The notes under the pieces are model-generated. The model ran no database searches, was not told where the DNA came from, and worked only from the letters and a program-made list of their open reading frames with translations. A DNA stretch of 64,000 nucleotides from the sequence record PP047754, one strand, 5' to 3'. Numbering within the stretch: position 1 is the stretch's first letter; the number at the start of each line of letters is the position of its first letter. Source of the DNA: Escherichia phage KEP4. The translations under genes were made by a program, and so were the position numbers. Below, one piece after another: positions 48,547-57,605 of the stretch.

Positions 48547-50562
48547 ATGGCAGAATTCAAACCCTTCGCAACGGCAGTTAATAACAACGTGCTGGCGATG
48601 TCCGCAACTGGTCTGTTCATGACCAATATCGATAAAGATGCTCTTTGGGATCTGTATCTGGCATCTTTCCCTGCTGGTACCAACCCGCTCTACCGTGAGC
48701 GTACTGAGCACGACTGCACCTGCTGTAAACAATTCATCCGTAACATCGGCGGTGTGGTCACCATCGACTCCGACCTGAACGTAATTTCTATCTGGGACAA
48801 CATTGATCTGGGTAATGAATATGACGTGGTGGCTGCGGCTCTTTCCGCGTATGTCAAACAACACGCAATCGTCGATGTTTATTTTAACGATTCTGCCAAA
48901 GTCGGCCTGTCTCACAATCACGAAATGAAAGACGGCAATGTCCGCACCTACAACCACTTCCACACCGACCTGCTGGGTAGCTATGTTCTGCGTCCGGACG
49001 CAATCGCTTCGAAAAAAGGTGAAATCCGCCAGGCTATTGAATTGTTTGAACGCGGTCTGCGTGAAATTACTCTGGAATCAGCTGAAATCGTTCTGGAACT
49101 GATTGACCAGAATTCTCTGTATCGCGGCGCAGAACACAAAGCAGCAGTGAAGGGATTTGTTGAAACCAAAAAGGCATATGAACAAATCCCCGAATCAGCC
49201 CGTTCTCTGTGGGCATGGCATACTGGATACCGTTCAAACAATCATGTTCCACACGGCATCCGTAACACAGTTATCGGCACTCTGCTGACAGATATCAGCG
49301 AAGGCGTGGAACTGGAAAAGGCTGTTAAATCGTTTGAATCCAAAGTTGCTCCGGCGAACTACAAACGTCCGACAGCGCTGGTTTCAAAATCCATGATCGA
49401 AAACGCTCAGAAAGAAGTTATTGCTCTGGGTTTGGAAGACTCACTGGCGCGTCGTTATGCGGTTTATGATGATCTGACAATCAACAACGTTCTGTTCGCA
49501 GATCTGGCTGCTCAGAAAGCGATGGATCCGTTTGCTCAGCTGGCTGCCGAAGTGAAAACTCCGACCAAGTCCCTGGAAAAAGTTGAAGAGATCAGCGTTG
49601 ATGATTTCCTGAGCAATGTTCTGCCAAAAGCGCATTCAATGGAAGTGCTTGTAGAGAATTCTCATACTAGCAACCTGATGTCCCTGGTTGCTCCGGCGAA
49701 CCCAGATGCGCCTAACCTGTTCAAGTGGAACAACGGTTTCTCCTGGTCTTACAACGGTGAAGTGACCGATTCCATTAAAGAACGTGTAAAGGCTGCTGGC
49801 GGTAAAGTTGACGGGTATCTGCGCGTTTCCTTGGCGTGGCACAATAACGACGACCTCGATCTGCATATGTTCAACAACATGGAGCACGTTTACTTCCGCG
49901 ATCGCCGCTCTATGACAGGTGCCCATCTGGATATCGATATGAACGGTATGGATGGTATTGATCCAAACCGCGCTCCGGTGGAAAATATCATCTTTACAGA
50001 TGAAAGCAAGCTGCGCGATGGTGAATACCGTTTCGAAATCCACAACTACAATCAACGTGAAAAAATCGACGAAGGGTTTGAAGTCGAAGTAGAATACAAA
50101 GGCGCAACGCATCGTTTCAGCCATCCTGGCCTGAAAGATCAGGGACGTATCACCGCAGTCATCTTGACTGTTAAAGACAAACAAGTTGTTGGCATTAAGT
50201 CCGAACTGGCTAATGTTGATAAGTCTAAAGAAGTTTGGGGTATCAAGACAGCGACCTTCCAGAAAGTACAGCTGGTCCTGAACTCACCAAACCATTGGGA
50301 TGGCGAGCAGACAGGCAACAAGCACGTGTTCTTCATCCTGGAAGGTTGTGCTAATCCTGAAGGTACTCGTGGTTTCTACAACGAATATCTGAAGCCAGAA
50401 CTGGATAAACATCGTAAGGTTTTTGAAATGTTGGGTAGTAAAATGAAAGTCCAGCCGAATGAAAACCAACTGTCCGGTCTGGGATTCTCGACGACGCAAC
50501 GCAACCATGTGTTCGTCAAAGTGTCCGGCGCGTTTAACCGTACTGTAAAAGTCATTTTCTAA
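48547..50562 (+). CDS. hypothetical large protein (671 aa)
   Basis: AGGAAG SD 8 nt upstream; TEHDCTCCKQF motif; no recognisable catalytic signature. Confidence 0.6.
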   Translation: MAEFKPFATAVNNNVLAMSATGLFMTNIDKDALWDLYLASFPAGTNPLYRERTEHDCTCCKQFIRNIGGVVTIDSDLNVISIWDNIDLGNEYDVVAAALSAYVKQHAIVDVYFNDSAKVGLSHNHEMKDGNVRTYNHFHTDLLGSYVLRPDAIASKKGEIRQAIELFERGLREITLESAEIVLELIDQNSLYRGAEHKAAVKGFVETKKAYEQIPESARSLWAWHTGYRSNNHVPHGIRNTVIGTLLTDISEGVELEKAVKSFESKVAPANYKRPTALVSKSMIENAQKEVIALGLEDSLARRYAVYDDLTINNVLFADLAAQKAMDPFAQLAAEVKTPTKSLEKVEEISVDDFLSNVLPKAHSMEVLVENSHTSNLMSLVAPANPDAPNLFKWNNGFSWSYNGEVTDSIKERVKAAGGKVDGYLRVSLAWHNNDDLDLHMFNNMEHVYFRDRRSMTGAHLDIDMNGMDGIDPNRAPVENIIFTDESKLRDGEYRFEIHNYNQREKIDEGFEVEVEYKGATHRFSHPGLKDQGRITAVILTVKDKQVVGIKSELANVDKSKEVWGIKTATFQKVQLVLNSPNHWDGEQTGNKHVFFILEGCANPEGTRGFYNEYLKPELDKHRKVFEMLGSKMKVQPNENQLSGLGFSTTQRNHVFVKVSGAFNRTVKVIF

Positions 50563-50600
50563 TTGATTTTGACCACAAATTCGTAATAAGGAACAATGAA

Positions 50601-50972
50601 ATGTTTGATCAAGCAACCCGTTTAAAACTGCGTTTCAACTCTAACAAAGGTCTGCTATCTGTTGAGCAGGTTTGGGATCTGAATCTGAACGCACTGAACG
50701 AGCTGGCGAAAGATCTGAGCCGTCAGGTGAAAGAAGCAGCCAGCGATGAAGAAGACTTCATCGGTGTGAAAAGCGCGGTCGATTCTCAGTTACAACTGCG
50801 GTTCGATATCGTGAAAGCGATCATCGGTGTTAAACTGAAAGAACGCGATGAAAGCGCGACCGCAGCAGAGCGTAAAGCGAACAACCAGGCGATCATGGAA
50901 CTGATCCAGCGTAAGAAACAACAGGAACTGGAAGGTCTGTCTGTTGAAGAACTGGAAAAACTCCTGAAATAA
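50601..50972 (+). CDS. hypothetical helical protein (123 aa)
   Basis: AAGGA SD; predicted coiled-coil C-terminus. Confidence 0.5.
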   Translation: MFDQATRLKLRFNSNKGLLSVEQVWDLNLNALNELAKDLSRQVKEAASDEEDFIGVKSAVDSQLQLRFDIVKAIIGVKLKERDESATAAERKANNQAIMELIQRKKQQELEGLSVEELEKLLK

Positions 50973-50992
50973 TCTGACGGCTCCGGCCTGAG

Positions 50993-51020
50993 AAACCCCG
51001 CCGTGTGCGGGGTTTCTTTT
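50993..51020 (+). terminator. rho-independent terminator (aaaccccgc-cgtgt-gcggggttt + CTTTT)
   Basis: 9-bp stem plus U-tract closing the 47207-50972 unit. Confidence 0.85.
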
Positions 51021-51031
51021 GGACAAAAATC

Positions 51032-51442
51032 ATGAAATCTATTACGTGTGATTACTGCGGTCAACCTGCCCAATACGTCGGGTGTGATGTTGTATACCCC
51101 CACCGCCCCGACCTCCGCAATCTGAAGTTCTGGGTATGCTCGCCATGCGACGCTCGTGTGGGTTGCCATACCCATGGGGATGGTAGACAACCTCTGGGAA
51201 GGATGGCGAATGCCGCTCTCCGTGCTGCTAAGCAGGAAGCTCATAGATCGTTTGACCCTATCTGGAAAGGTGGGCAGAGGAGCAGGAGTGATGCTTACAG
51301 CTGGCTGGCTCATAATCTGGGGATCAAGAAGCGCGATTGCCATATCGGCTTGTTCGATATCGATATGTGCCGTAAAGTAGTCGCTGTGTGTAATCAACTA
51401 AAGGCACAAGATAATGTCAAAGGAAATACAAGAAGCATTTGA
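51032..51442 (+). CDS. zinc-ribbon protein (136 aa)
   Basis: CDYCG...C(x)VGC and CSPCDARVGCH Cys clusters; ATG 51032 (track start 51005 is GTG inside the terminator). Confidence 0.5.
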   Translation: MKSITCDYCGQPAQYVGCDVVYPHRPDLRNLKFWVCSPCDARVGCHTHGDGRQPLGRMANAALRAAKQEAHRSFDPIWKGGQRSRSDAYSWLAHNLGIKKRDCHIGLFDIDMCRKVVAVCNQLKAQDNVKGNTRSI

Positions 51443-51665
51443 AAATTTATCTCAGGTAATGACCGACTGTAACCGCCGGAATTATTGTGATGAAGCGTAT
51501 ACCAAATTGAAAACTACTGTTGAAACCGAGCTGGCAGGTCTTTCCGTTTTCAAAGATATTCAGACCGAAGCGCTATATCTGTCGGATGAAGATTTAAGGC
51601 GTTGCCCCCGCAAGATTTACCAATTACTGGATCGTTTGGTGAAAGTGGGGGTGAATAATGGGTAA
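51414..51665 (+). CDS. hypothetical protein (83 aa)
   Basis: AAGG SD 9 nt upstream. Confidence 0.45.
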   Translation: MSKEIQEAFENLSQVMTDCNRRNYCDEAYTKLKTTVETELAGLSVFKDIQTEALYLSDEDLRRCPRKIYQLLDRLVKVGVNNG

Positions 51666-52383
51666 TCGTGAAGGGATTAAACTCACACCAGAACTTCTGA
51701 AGTCACATATTGCTGAAGTGATTTATGAAGACCGTGAAGTTGGTGGTCACCGCGTCATTACATGCCATTTCAAGATGGACAATGGGTTCGTTGTGTGGGG
51801 TAAGAATAGTTCCACATCGGTAGACCCTGCCAACTTCGATGAAGAAATGGGCAAGCAGCTGGCCTATGAAAAGACCTTTTCTCAACTGTGGGAACTGGAA
51901 GCATATCGCGCGATGGTAGAAAAGCAGATCATCGATGTGTCTGCCGAAGATGCTAAGATCAACATTGATGAATATGTGTCAGAAAGGGAAGCGATACATG
52001 AGATGGGTGGTTCTGAATTTCTTAAGGGTAAAGGACAATCCATCGTGTTTCGTCATCCCAAAGATCCAAGTCGGGGATTTCGCGTTGAATTTGTTCGCAC
52101 CGATAATGAACGTTATAACGAACGACGCAATGGTGAGGCACGATCTTTGGTGGAAGCGTATCTTCGCTCGTTCATGACTTCTGAAGAACTAAATTCTGAA
52201 CTTGTCTTGCGTTTGGCGAAAACGTGTAATGCTGCTTCAGGGGATTATCCGTGGTGTGACCTGTCAGAAGACAAACGCCAAGCAGCCTGTGATCGTGTTA
52301 AGAAATTCTTGTTAGATCCGAAAGCCCAACCTGGTGATTCCGTAGGGGCACTGTATAGAGCCATTGTGGTGTCCTACTTGTAA
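51658..52383 (+). CDS. phage protein with N-terminal N4 gp49 / Sf6 gp66-like domain, tentative
   Basis: HRVITCHFKMDNGFVVWGKNSSTSVDPANFDEEMGKQLAYEKTFSQLWELEAY fits the family pattern as I recall it. Confidence 0.45.
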   Translation: MGNREGIKLTPELLKSHIAEVIYEDREVGGHRVITCHFKMDNGFVVWGKNSSTSVDPANFDEEMGKQLAYEKTFSQLWELEAYRAMVEKQIIDVSAEDAKINIDEYVSEREAIHEMGGSEFLKGKGQSIVFRHPKDPSRGFRVEFVRTDNERYNERRNGEARSLVEAYLRSFMTSEELNSELVLRLAKTCNAASGDYPWCDLSEDKRQAACDRVKKFLLDPKAQPGDSVGALYRAIVVSYL

Positions 52384-52650
52384 TTCTTCAAAAGTCTTTC
52401 AAAATCAATAACGTCCGGCAAAATGCTGGGCGTTTCAATTAATAAGCCAAGGTATAATGGCCCAACTGAAAACGCGGGGGAATTTCTTTGTCCAAGCCAT
52501 TCATTCGTTCCGGAGTTGATTCTCTAGACTCCCAATTTAAGCCGAGCGAAGTTTTAATCCAACAAATTGAAACCAATCGTGAATTCATAGAACACATGTT
52601 GGCAAAGCCGGAAGGTGAAGCCGCTCAAACCACCAAAGAAGGTAATAACG

Positions 52651-54867
52651 ATGATTGAATCATTAACATTTAAAAATGCGGTAGCAACCGTCGCGCCGTC
52701 TAACCATGTAATCGTTGTGGATATCTCCGGTTCCATGTACCGTTCACTTCCTGAAGTTCGCAAGCATCTGAAGGAAAATCTCCCGTCTCTGGTTAAACCA
52801 GAAGATACCGTCAGCATTCTTTACTTTTCATCCCGTGGTGATTTCGGTACGGTATTCGCTGGCCGTCAGATCAATAGCGCGACCGATCTCAGTGAAATCA
52901 ATAAACTGATTGACCGCTTCCTGCAACCGTCCGGTTGTACGGGATTTGTAGAACCTCTGAAGTTGGCTGCTGAAACCGCGTTGAGCCTGAACAAACCTGG
53001 TTATGTCAATAACCTGGCGTTCATGACCGACGGCTATGACAACTGCTGGCGCTCTAATGAAATTCTGGCAGCAGCTGAAGTACTGCCCAAGGCGTTCGAT
53101 AATATTACATTCATCGAATATGGCTGGTATTGTAACCGCGAACTTCTGGCTCTGATGTCCGAGCGTTCTGGCGCGACTCACGTGTTTGCCGAAGGTCAGA
53201 CTGAATATCAGACCGAACTGGAAAACGTACTGAAATCATCTACGCCGAAAGTGGTTGTTGATGTTCCCCTGGTTTACACTCATGCCATCTACGTTGAAAA
53301 CGGCGTGGCAACTGTGCTAGCCGTACAACCCGATGAAGAACACCCGATTGGCCACGTCAGCATCCCTGAAAGCGTTTCTCAGCTGTGGGTTGTAAACCCT
53401 AACATGATCGACCAGCTGGATAATCTGGCAGACACCCAGGCGGCATACGTGCTGGCATTCTATGGCGTGTACACCATGGACGCCGATCTGGTCTGGGCCG
53501 CGCTGAAGAAGACGGGTGACGTCCGCTTCATCAAACAATACAGCAACTGTTTCACCAAGCAGGACTATTCCAACATCAAAGTCGATCTGACCCAGGCTAT
53601 CGTGGATGAAACTCTACGCGGCGTAGATGGCATCGATTACAATATGGTTCCAGCTGAAGATGCAACGACCATTGTTGATGTCTTGACCTACCTGGCCGAA
53701 GCCGATGTCTCTGTTGTCACTAAGCATCCATTGTTCTCTTACAACAGCATCGGTCGCGGCACTGTGCAGAAAGTTGATGACACTGAAGACAAGCTGGCTG
53801 AACAAATCGCCGAAGCCAAAACCAAAGCAGAGCGTAAAGCGCTGGCTCTCAAACTGGCTGAGCACGAAGATTGGACACCGGAATTTACTCCGGTTGATGA
53901 CAAAGGGATTGTCCCAATTAGCAATCTGGTCTACAATTCAGAGCGCCCTAACATCAGCATTCAGACCGTTCAGCATGGGACGGTTGTTGTGCCGGAGTTC
54001 GTACAGAAGAAATATGAACTCCCTGAAGAACTGGGAACCTGGCGTTATCGTAATTACACCATCGTCAAAGATGGAATCATCAACCTGAAGACGATGCCGA
54101 TTACTGCCGAATCTCCGATTGTCCGAGCTAAGGTTGTCCAAGATTTGATCGCCATGGGCGTTAATGTATTTGGTGGACCGGAAATCTTCATCGTTAATTT
54201 AGAAAGCGTTCCGATGGTCAACCGCGCCATGACCAAGAACATCAGTGCTGCCGAATTCTTCGCTGACAACGTTCGTCGCGAAGCGCTGAAGGCAAAACAG
54301 AAAGTTCTGAAATTCTATCGTGATGAACTGGTTGGCAAAGGCAATGCAACTGGTCTGGCTTCTAAATATGGTAAAGAAGCCGCCGATTTCTTGTCGGCAA
54401 ATGGCATTCGCGACTACGGGTTCTCGCCGAAAACTACTTCTGTGGAATCAACCGATGTCTACATGAGCCGTGAGCTGAATGTGAAAATCAAAGGTGCTTC
54501 GTCGCTGCCGAGCATTGCGTCAGTTATCAAAAAGCAAGCAGATGGTAAAAAACTGAATGTCGCTGATCAGTTGATTGCCAATGCTTTGGCCGAATACGAC
54601 GCTTTTGTTAAATCGCCAATGATCACCAGCGTACCTGAAGAGACTCAGAAAAAGCTGATTGAAAGCTGGATCGGGGACGCAGCAAAAGCGGCCATTAACG
54701 AAGTCCGCGCCCTGAACAAAACTCTGTCTAAAGTAGTTTACGGCATCGTCGCTGGTCATGGTTGGTTCACTGATTTGGATCTGGAAGAGTCTACGATGGA
54801 TGTAGAAGTTGATGGGGTGAAATACACCGTCACTGCCGAACTGGCCGAAAAAGAAATCAAAATCTAA
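52651..54867 (+). CDS. von Willebrand factor A (vWA) domain protein, 738 aa
   Basis: N-terminal MIDAS-type motif VVDISGSM with downstream TDGYDN; track start 52615 is GTG; 267-bp untranslated region upstream. Confidence 0.65.
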   Translation: MIESLTFKNAVATVAPSNHVIVVDISGSMYRSLPEVRKHLKENLPSLVKPEDTVSILYFSSRGDFGTVFAGRQINSATDLSEINKLIDRFLQPSGCTGFVEPLKLAAETALSLNKPGYVNNLAFMTDGYDNCWRSNEILAAAEVLPKAFDNITFIEYGWYCNRELLALMSERSGATHVFAEGQTEYQTELENVLKSSTPKVVVDVPLVYTHAIYVENGVATVLAVQPDEEHPIGHVSIPESVSQLWVVNPNMIDQLDNLADTQAAYVLAFYGVYTMDADLVWAALKKTGDVRFIKQYSNCFTKQDYSNIKVDLTQAIVDETLRGVDGIDYNMVPAEDATTIVDVLTYLAEADVSVVTKHPLFSYNSIGRGTVQKVDDTEDKLAEQIAEAKTKAERKALALKLAEHEDWTPEFTPVDDKGIVPISNLVYNSERPNISIQTVQHGTVVVPEFVQKKYELPEELGTWRYRNYTIVKDGIINLKTMPITAESPIVRAKVVQDLIAMGVNVFGGPEIFIVNLESVPMVNRAMTKNISAAEFFADNVRREALKAKQKVLKFYRDELVGKGNATGLASKYGKEAADFLSANGIRDYGFSPKTTSVESTDVYMSRELNVKIKGASSLPSIASVIKKQADGKKLNVADQLIANALAEYDAFVKSPMITSVPEETQKKLIESWIGDAAKAAINEVRALNKTLSKVVYGIVAGHGWFTDLDLEESTMDVEVDGVKYTVTAELAEKEIKI

Positions 54868-54875
54868 ATCTAATT

Positions 54876-54899
54876 GGCGGGGAAACCCGCCTTTACTTT
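54876..54899 (+). terminator. terminator-like hairpin (ggcggg-gaaa-cccgcc + TTTACTTT)
   Basis: 6-bp GC stem after the vWA gene. Confidence 0.55.
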
Positions 54900-54911
54900 C
54901 AGGAAATGAAT

Positions 54912-55223
54912 ATGAGCAACAAACCGACTTATGTTGATGTCATGCGCGATTTGGCCCAATACGCATGTGACAACCTGAACATGGAAACTTGGCGCGACGG
55001 CGATCATAAAGAAAAGTTCGATAATATCGACGACAACATCGATGCGTTGGCTCCTCTTCGGGCCAAGAGCGATCTCGGCGGTGATGATCTTGACATGATT
55101 GAACTCATCATGGAAGTTGAAGAACAATATGATGTTGAAATCAGTGATGACTGGGTAGGCAAACATGGTGATGATCCCACGCTCGGCGAATTAGCTGAAT
55201 TGGTAGTTGCCCTCAGCAAGTAA
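54912..55223 (+). CDS. acyl carrier protein-like protein with Asp at the phosphopantetheine-attachment position
   Basis: SDLGGDDLDMIELIMEVEEQYDVEI aligns with ACP helix II ([24 protein letters not shown]) but has D where the conserved Ser lies (codon 55086-55088 gat). Confidence 0.6.
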   Translation: MSNKPTYVDVMRDLAQYACDNLNMETWRDGDHKEKFDNIDDNIDALAPLRAKSDLGGDDLDMIELIMEVEEQYDVEISDDWVGKHGDDPTLGELAELVVALSK

Positions 55224-55231
55224 ACCAAAAG

Positions 55232-55259
55232 AATCCCCAATATTTATTGGGGATTTTTA
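55232..55259 (+). terminator. rho-independent terminator (aatcccca-atatttat-tggggatt + TTTAC)
   Basis: 8-bp stem plus U-tract. Confidence 0.7.
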
Positions 55260-55343
55260 CTTTTAGGGGTTTACTTCTTCTAAAGAATATCCTATTATTC
55301 AATAACTGGCTAACGTGGGGTTGGCTAGAAAAGGAGATACAAA

Positions 55344-55583
55344 ATGAAACTACCAGGTCATATTGAAGTTTATATGCGGTTATACAAAGAAGGTAACGCC
55401 GCTGCTAAAGAACTACACGAACTGATTTTGTCATACGGCGTTAAGTCTGTTACAGAAGTAAAGAACAACAAAATAGACGGCGAATATGTGTCAATCAATG
55501 GGCGTGGTCTGAAAACCAACCCAACATATTTTGTGGGTGTCCATTTAGACACAGGGAAAGAAGTCGTGGAGATCGTGGCATAA
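55344..55583 (+). CDS. hypothetical protein (79 aa)
   Basis: AAGGAG SD 7 nt upstream. Confidence 0.5.
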   Translation: MKLPGHIEVYMRLYKEGNAAAKELHELILSYGVKSVTEVKNNKIDGEYVSINGRGLKTNPTYFVGVHLDTGKEVVEIVA

Positions 55584-55822
55584 TGTCTAATAAGAAAGTT
55601 GAAACGACGGTAGAAATTGATCGTAATTGGGGATTACTCCGCGCTAAAGGTTTTCGTCGTGTTTATATGACCAAGGAAGTTTATGTTCAGCGTCGCGACG
55701 TTATTATCAGCAAGAAAGGTAAAGAGTGGGTTGCTGAAGAAGTTGACATTGAAACAGGTGTCGTGGGCAAAGTAAAAGCGAAGGCGGCTATTTTGTTTTC
55801 TCTTCTGAAGCATATCAATTAA
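55583..55822 (+). CDS. hypothetical basic protein (79 aa)
   Basis: TAATG overlap with upstream gene. Confidence 0.5.
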   Translation: MSNKKVETTVEIDRNWGLLRAKGFRRVYMTKEVYVQRRDVIISKKGKEWVAEEVDIETGVVGKVKAKAAILFSLLKHIN

Positions 55823-55835
55823 TTCTATAAACTCC

Positions 55836-55863
55836 GGCGGGGTATGATTACCCCGCCTATTTG
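55836..55863 (+). terminator. terminator-like hairpin (ggcggggta-tgat-taccccgcc + TATTTG)
   Basis: 9-bp stem. Confidence 0.6.
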
Positions 55864-55906
55864 AAATTGCAGGAACTTATATCATGATCTCTGTCGAGGG
55901 TATAAT

Positions 55907-56194
55907 ATGACAAAGGAACAAGAACTCGCTTTGTTCTCTATGGTTCGCAGTAATGTTAAATTGAGTTTTAGACAAGTGGACTCCATTATTGATCTTATGA
56001 AAATTAAGAATTCCATAGATAACGATCATTTGCGCACCGCTCTTTTGGGATTGTTGGAATTCGTTTTGCGCGGATCTGATCTTGGACCAGTGAATGATAT
56101 TGACGACCTGACCAAATTGTTAAACACTGGCGGTGATGGTTTCGATACCGCTCGTATTCTGATTAACTGTGGTCCTAACAAAGAAGAGGTATGA
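55907..56194 (+). CDS. hypothetical protein (95 aa)
   Basis: GAGGG SD 6 nt upstream. Confidence 0.5.
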   Translation: MTKEQELALFSMVRSNVKLSFRQVDSIIDLMKIKNSIDNDHLRTALLGLLEFVLRGSDLGPVNDIDDLTKLLNTGGDGFDTARILINCGPNKEEV

Positions 56195-56195
56195 T

Positions 56196-56354
56196 GTGGA
56201 CAAAGATTTGGTTTGGGAAATCGTGAAAGGTATCCTGGTAATAATTGCTGTGGTCTTTATCCTAGGAGGAAACTTCTTCTATTGGTTATTGCGGTATGAA
56301 GAGAAGCGTCGAGAGCGGAAAGAACAGAAGAGAAAAGATCGATGGATGAACTAA
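56196..56354 (+). CDS. small single-TM membrane protein (52 aa), tentative
   Basis: GTG start with GAGG SD; ILVIIAVVFILGGNFFYWLL then KRRERKEQKRK tail. Confidence 0.3.
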   Translation: MDKDLVWEIVKGILVIIAVVFILGGNFFYWLLRYEEKRRERKEQKRKDRWMN

Positions 56355-56386
56355 CTAAGGGATAACCCTATATCCCGAGGTGTGTC

Positions 56387-56836
56387 ATGTTTCTTACATC
56401 CTTTATTGACTGGATGAATATCATAAATGGCCTGAGGATTCCTGTTGGGAATCTTGGGCTTTCTCGTTCTTCTATGCCGCAAATCGATACCGACAAACAA
56501 GAAGATTTTCACAAATATCTTGAAGACAACGGCGTGTCCATAGATGCTGCGCAAGTGCCCATCAAAATGCTTCGTCTTACCCAGAACGAAATCAATAAAA
56601 TGAAGGTCTGGAAGATCATGAAGCAAATCAGAAATAAGAAACCTATGGGTAGAGTTTGGGTGTCTTCTGACAATTACGTTGTTGACGGTTCTCACCGATT
56701 TGTCGCTGCGTTGAACATGGATGGTAAACAGCGCATGAAGGTCTACAAAGTTGATTTGCCTGCGATGGAATTCGTAAAACTCGCCAAACAATTTCATGGT
56801 GTGCGGTACAGAACGGTCAGCGATACCCGTTTCTGA
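56387..56836 (+). CDS. ParB-like nuclease domain protein, tentative
   Basis: VVDGSHRFVAA matches the ParB/sulfiredoxin-type DGxHR motif; GAGG SD. Confidence 0.45.
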   Translation: MFLTSFIDWMNIINGLRIPVGNLGLSRSSMPQIDTDKQEDFHKYLEDNGVSIDAAQVPIKMLRLTQNEINKMKVWKIMKQIRNKKPMGRVWVSSDNYVVDGSHRFVAALNMDGKQRMKVYKVDLPAMEFVKLAKQFHGVRYRTVSDTRF

Positions 56837-56915
56837 ATACGATAGTTTATTGAAACCCTTTACTCAACATGGTGAGTCGACTATCATTTTATCCAATGAA
56901 ATAAGGAGAATCACC

Positions 56916-57605
56916 ATGAAACGTTTAATCCTCGGGGTTGTGCTGGCAGGTCTGGCATTACCCGCCGCCGCCAAGCTGAACTCCACAGGTGACAAACTGT
57001 GGTCTGATCTTTCCTACTGTGCTGGGTTCTCCCAGGCGGTCGCTATCGACAAGTCCGGTTCCATAGAGAATTTCGCTGAACTTTGGAACACGGGTAACGT
57101 CTCCACTGCTGTTGTTAATGCTGGGATTGAGTTCAACCGTTACAAACAGGGAGCCTACAACTTGAAAGGCTACCTGAATGACGATGAATTTAACCGAGGA
57201 GGCATGGAGGCTGGCGATCTCATCATGACTGGCCGTATGGGCACACAAGGCCGTATGACTGTAAGGCAATGCCGTTCTCTCCCCTCTCCGGCATTACAGA
57301 AGGGTGTGCAAATCGGGCGTCGACATTTGGATCTGATCAATGATGGCAACCAATGCATCAAGGTGTTTGAATATAGTGCCGACCAAGAATCAGATCGACG
57401 TTTGAAAAAGGAATGGCGGACACGTGCCCTTGGATTGAGAGCATGGCTCGTAGAAAACGATTATTACTACGAGGATCGTGTTCAGAACGGATTGAAAGAT
57501 CTTTCTACTAATTTGTCTGTCAATCTAGACGACCCAAGGCTTTCGCGTGAACTCAAGCAAACACGGATTGACTGCGACAATATGATGAAGGAGAACGAAA
57601 GATGA
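56916..57605 (+). CDS. exported protein with signal peptide (229 aa)
   Basis: AAGGAG SD; MKRLILGVVLAGLALPAAAK signal peptide; track start 56796 overlaps the upstream gene. Confidence 0.55.
   Translation: MKRLILGVVLAGLALPAAAKLNSTGDKLWSDLSYCAGFSQAVAIDKSGSIENFAELWNTGNVSTAVVNAGIEFNRYKQGAYNLKGYLNDDEFNRGGMEAGDLIMTGRMGTQGRMTVRQCRSLPSPALQKGVQIGRRHLDLINDGNQCIKVFEYSADQESDRRLKKEWRTRALGLRAWLVENDYYYEDRVQNGLKDLSTNLSVNLDDPRLSRELKQTRIDCDNMMKENER

Noticed and set aside
49801-49830. KVDG in the 671-aa protein as a ligase/nucleotidyltransferase motif I
   Set aside because: Spacing to the downstream Arg is wrong, the position is mid-protein, and no other ligase motifs are present.
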